From the NCBI GenBank assembly GCA_036172245.1, contig JAYWIR010000024.1, positions 1,488,001 through 1,552,000 of the forward strand: a stretch of 64,000 nt of DNA, given 5' to 3'. Source of the stretch: Raillietiella orientalis. Its lineage: Eukaryota. The notes beneath the pieces are model-generated. The model was not told the DNA's origin, ran no database searches, and saw nothing but the letters and a program-made list of their open reading frames with translations. Of the stretch, positions 61,062-64,000 are shown one piece after another (position 1 is the stretch's first letter; the number at the start of each line of letters is the position of its first letter). Both the position numbers and the translations under genes were made by a program.

Positions 61062-64000
61062 CTGCACAGCATCAGAGTCAACGGTCCCACGGACCCAGTG
61101 CCCATCCCGCTCCCCAAACCGAAAACGCCCCTCGAGCCTGACCTCGGTAATCCGCTCAGAGTCGAAACGCAGCCCAGTACGTTTCCCTTCTTTCACACGT
61201 GACAGGTGGCCCTGCGCCGTTGGCCAAGACCGTCAGCCCCGGGAAGACAGAGACTCCAGGGGAACCACACTTCGGATGAGAGATTTCGAGATGCGCTTCT
61301 CGCACGGCGCTCCCTCCTCCTGCCTGACCCTTTCCAGAAGATCGGGAGGGGAGGGGGTCAAAAAAAAAGAAAAAGCGCTGGACTTCCTCCAGGTGCCCTC
61401 AGGGCGACACTGACCCCTTCACACGGACCGGGAGCTCGGAAGACGCTTTCCCGGGAACTTCCGGTGCTAGCGGAGTCGGCTCTTCTACCCCTTCCAGCAC
61501 GCCCTTCCCTCCCTCCCAAGTGCTACCCACTATTTCACGCAGCCACTTTTGTTCCCCTCAAGCAGCAGCAGCAGCGGTGGCGCGAGGATCCTCGTCCTCT
61601 GCTCGCAGGAAGCTCCGAGACTTCCATCGCTGATCCGCCTTCCTGACGAGTCTCCTGAGTTCTCAATCTTTCCCAGGGTCCCAGAAGATTCTCGGGAGGA
61701 GAAGCCTGGGATTGGTAGTCAAGGTGCATGCTGTGCACCTCTCCCTGCCCTGCCAAGAGAGCGGAAGAGCACACATGAGGAAAAATGCTGGAGGAGGAGA
61801 TTATGGGGATGATTGGAATGAGAGGAAGAGGAGGAGATGGAGATTGGAGCGAGGAGAAAAGGAAGAGGGATGAAAAAGCGGTGGTCCAAATAGACGGCTG
61901 ATCACAGTGGATGGAGCCACTTTCTTGGTTCTCAGGAACACCTTCCATGCTATGCAACCTGTCAGTCGGGGTCCTCACCCGGGAGCACGCCATGGTTCGT
62001 TTCCCCCCAGTGGGCAAGAGTTCCCAACGAACGAGGGAATCGCAGGGTAGATGGAGGAGGACAAAAGCGCTCCGAAACAATTCCAGCGACTGCGAGAATT
62101 TATCTTCATAATTTGGGAATTGTATATGAATAGTGATCTTGAAATGAAGAAAAACTCCTAAAGCTCGGAGAAGACGCGATCGGGTGAGAGGGAGCTGGTG
62201 ATCTCCGGGCCTTCTCCAGCGGCCGGGGAAGGGCAGGACAGGTGTCTGCCCCATCCGTCCCTGGAAAGGAGTCTCGCCGGTCCATTGAGGCGGCTCAATC
62301 TTCCTTGCAAGCTTCGCCGATAAAGGCCGCGTAGCGAGCAGGCTGACCGTAACCCAAGGTCGACTCGGGGACAGATTCTGGACGTGAAGGCCCTTGGTCA
62401 AGCGTCCTGACGCAGAGACGGGGAGAGGGCCATCTGCGCAGAGGAGTCGTGGAGGGAGGGCAGCACGCAACTCATCTGAGGGAAGCGCCTGCCCAAACCG
62501 GCTGCGTCAGGGCATTTTGCAGAAGCAGCCTCTGCAATGTCGAAGTCGAATGGACGCGACATTCGGAGACCACGCGCGGCGATCTCTAAGCAGATGACTC
62601 CCCGCCGTTCTGGCAACCTCGCAGGCGCAGTGCCGACTCGCAGCATGCCTTTGGTTTCCGCTCCGGAACGAAAGATGCGGTTGCTAAGTGACATGCACCT
62701 TGCTGCCACTCTCGAAGGTACCCCGAATGCAACAAAGAGGAAGGCGAAAGTAAAAAACAGAGCAAAAAAAGATTGACCTCAGCGGACGTCGAAAGTGTGT
62801 GGCCTTGAAATTCCATTCCTGCCGTTTGTGGTGATGTGGCATGACGCAAGGCCGATGAGAACTTTAAAGCATCCGCTTGTTTCTTTGTCTTTTATAGACT
62901 TCAAAATGAAGGGGGGAAAGTAAGTATTCGGTGGCCATTTGACCATGATGCTTCGAGCGGTCTCGGGTCAACAATTGACATTTTTCAAGAGCTCGAAGCA
63001 GGTTGCAAGAGCACCTTGTCCGATGCAGAGAGGGACAACTTTCGTCTCCTTGAGTGATGCTGAAGTTTCCCATAAGGCAGTGCAGCGCGGGGCAAGATGC
63101 TCTGTACTCCTCCGATGTCGAAACTCCGCCGATACTTCGTGACGTTCGCGAGTAGCAGGCCCTGGGGAACCTTTGTCTTCCAGCCACTTTTCTTCCTGAG
63201 CTCTTTCCGAGGTGCGGAGGGCAAGCGGACGCACTCGCTCGCTTGCCCACGCTGAACTGACCGGACTCACGAGCTGGCAGGTTGGCACGCCTAGATCCAG
63301 CGTCCGGCAGCATCTTCGGCAGCACGCACCACTGCCATGTCGGAGACCCGTCGGAGGATTGCATACGTGCTGAAACTTTTCCAGAGGGGCAACTGCTGCT
63401 GCCGGCGCTCTCGAGTCTCGGCTTGTTCAAGGAAGATGGCTGACTGTGCAGCACGACTTACATCACGGGAGCGTGCGACCACCCAGCTGTTTGCTGATAC
63501 GGTGAGCTGCAGCTTCGAGGGAGCCAACGGATGGGAGCGATGAGGTGCCGTTTTAGCTAGCAGGCGGTCAGGTGCATTCCCACGGGGCGGTACTGCAGTC
63601 TCCTGAGGTCATCCTCCACGAACACTGACTGGTCCAGAAGCATAAGCGGAAGACAGAAGAAAGATCCAGTTTCGCGCCAAGGAGAAAGGTACGGCTTCAG
63701 GACGCCCTCGTCGTTTCACCCGACCGGGAGCCCAGGACAACCGAGGGTAGTGTGAGCAAGTAATCAAGAGAAAGGGGGTGATATGATGGTTCGACACCCT
63801 TCTTAGAGTATATCCTCCATTCGTACAAAACCACCATAACCCAACGCAAACACAATCATCATCCCGATCTTCATCACCACTCGAGTCCTGAACTCCAGTA
63901 CTTACAACATTAGGCCCTCCAGACACCAATACATCGCCCCCGTCCTACTCTCAAATCCTCATCAACACATCTTGAATCACCGTTATCATAAAATATCCCT

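Noticed and set aside
61500..63550. 311-aa and 196-aa minus-strand ORFs as upstream Patched exons
   Set aside because: No Patched-like sequence or consistent splice phases; more likely decayed retroelement sequence in a large intron.
1..64000. CRISPR arrays, operons, rRNA or prokaryotic defence systems
   Set aside because: No regularly spaced direct repeats or rRNA-like sequence were seen, and the spliceosomal introns show the DNA is eukaryotic.

Overview
This is eukaryotic, probably invertebrate, nuclear DNA rather than prokaryotic sequence, and most ORFs in the six-frame track are spurious products of GC-rich decayed repeats. Three spliced genes can be reconstructed by hand. NOSIP (+, 28935-30135, 7 exons) and PTDSS2 (-, 30189-31910, 9 exons) form a tightly convergent pair with 40-64 nt introns inside an AT-rich, CpG-poor island. 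The 3' part of a Patched/NPC1-family sterol-sensing-domain gene lies at 53223-61061 (-, at least 10 exons) in GC- and CpG-rich DNA. The rest is largely transposon debris: several decayed L1/Tx1-like non-LTR retrotransposon copies that share a 3' AATAAA plus stem-loop end, five copies of a long SINE-like repeat with two tRNA B-box-like motifs in its head, mariner-derived palindromic elements, remnants of RLE-type LINEs, nested inverted repeats and a GTA/GTG microsatellite. I see no convincing evidence of a novel protein-coding system. The best candidates for undescribed biology are the repeat architectures and the overlapping convergent gene pair. Repeat boundaries were read by eye and are approximate.
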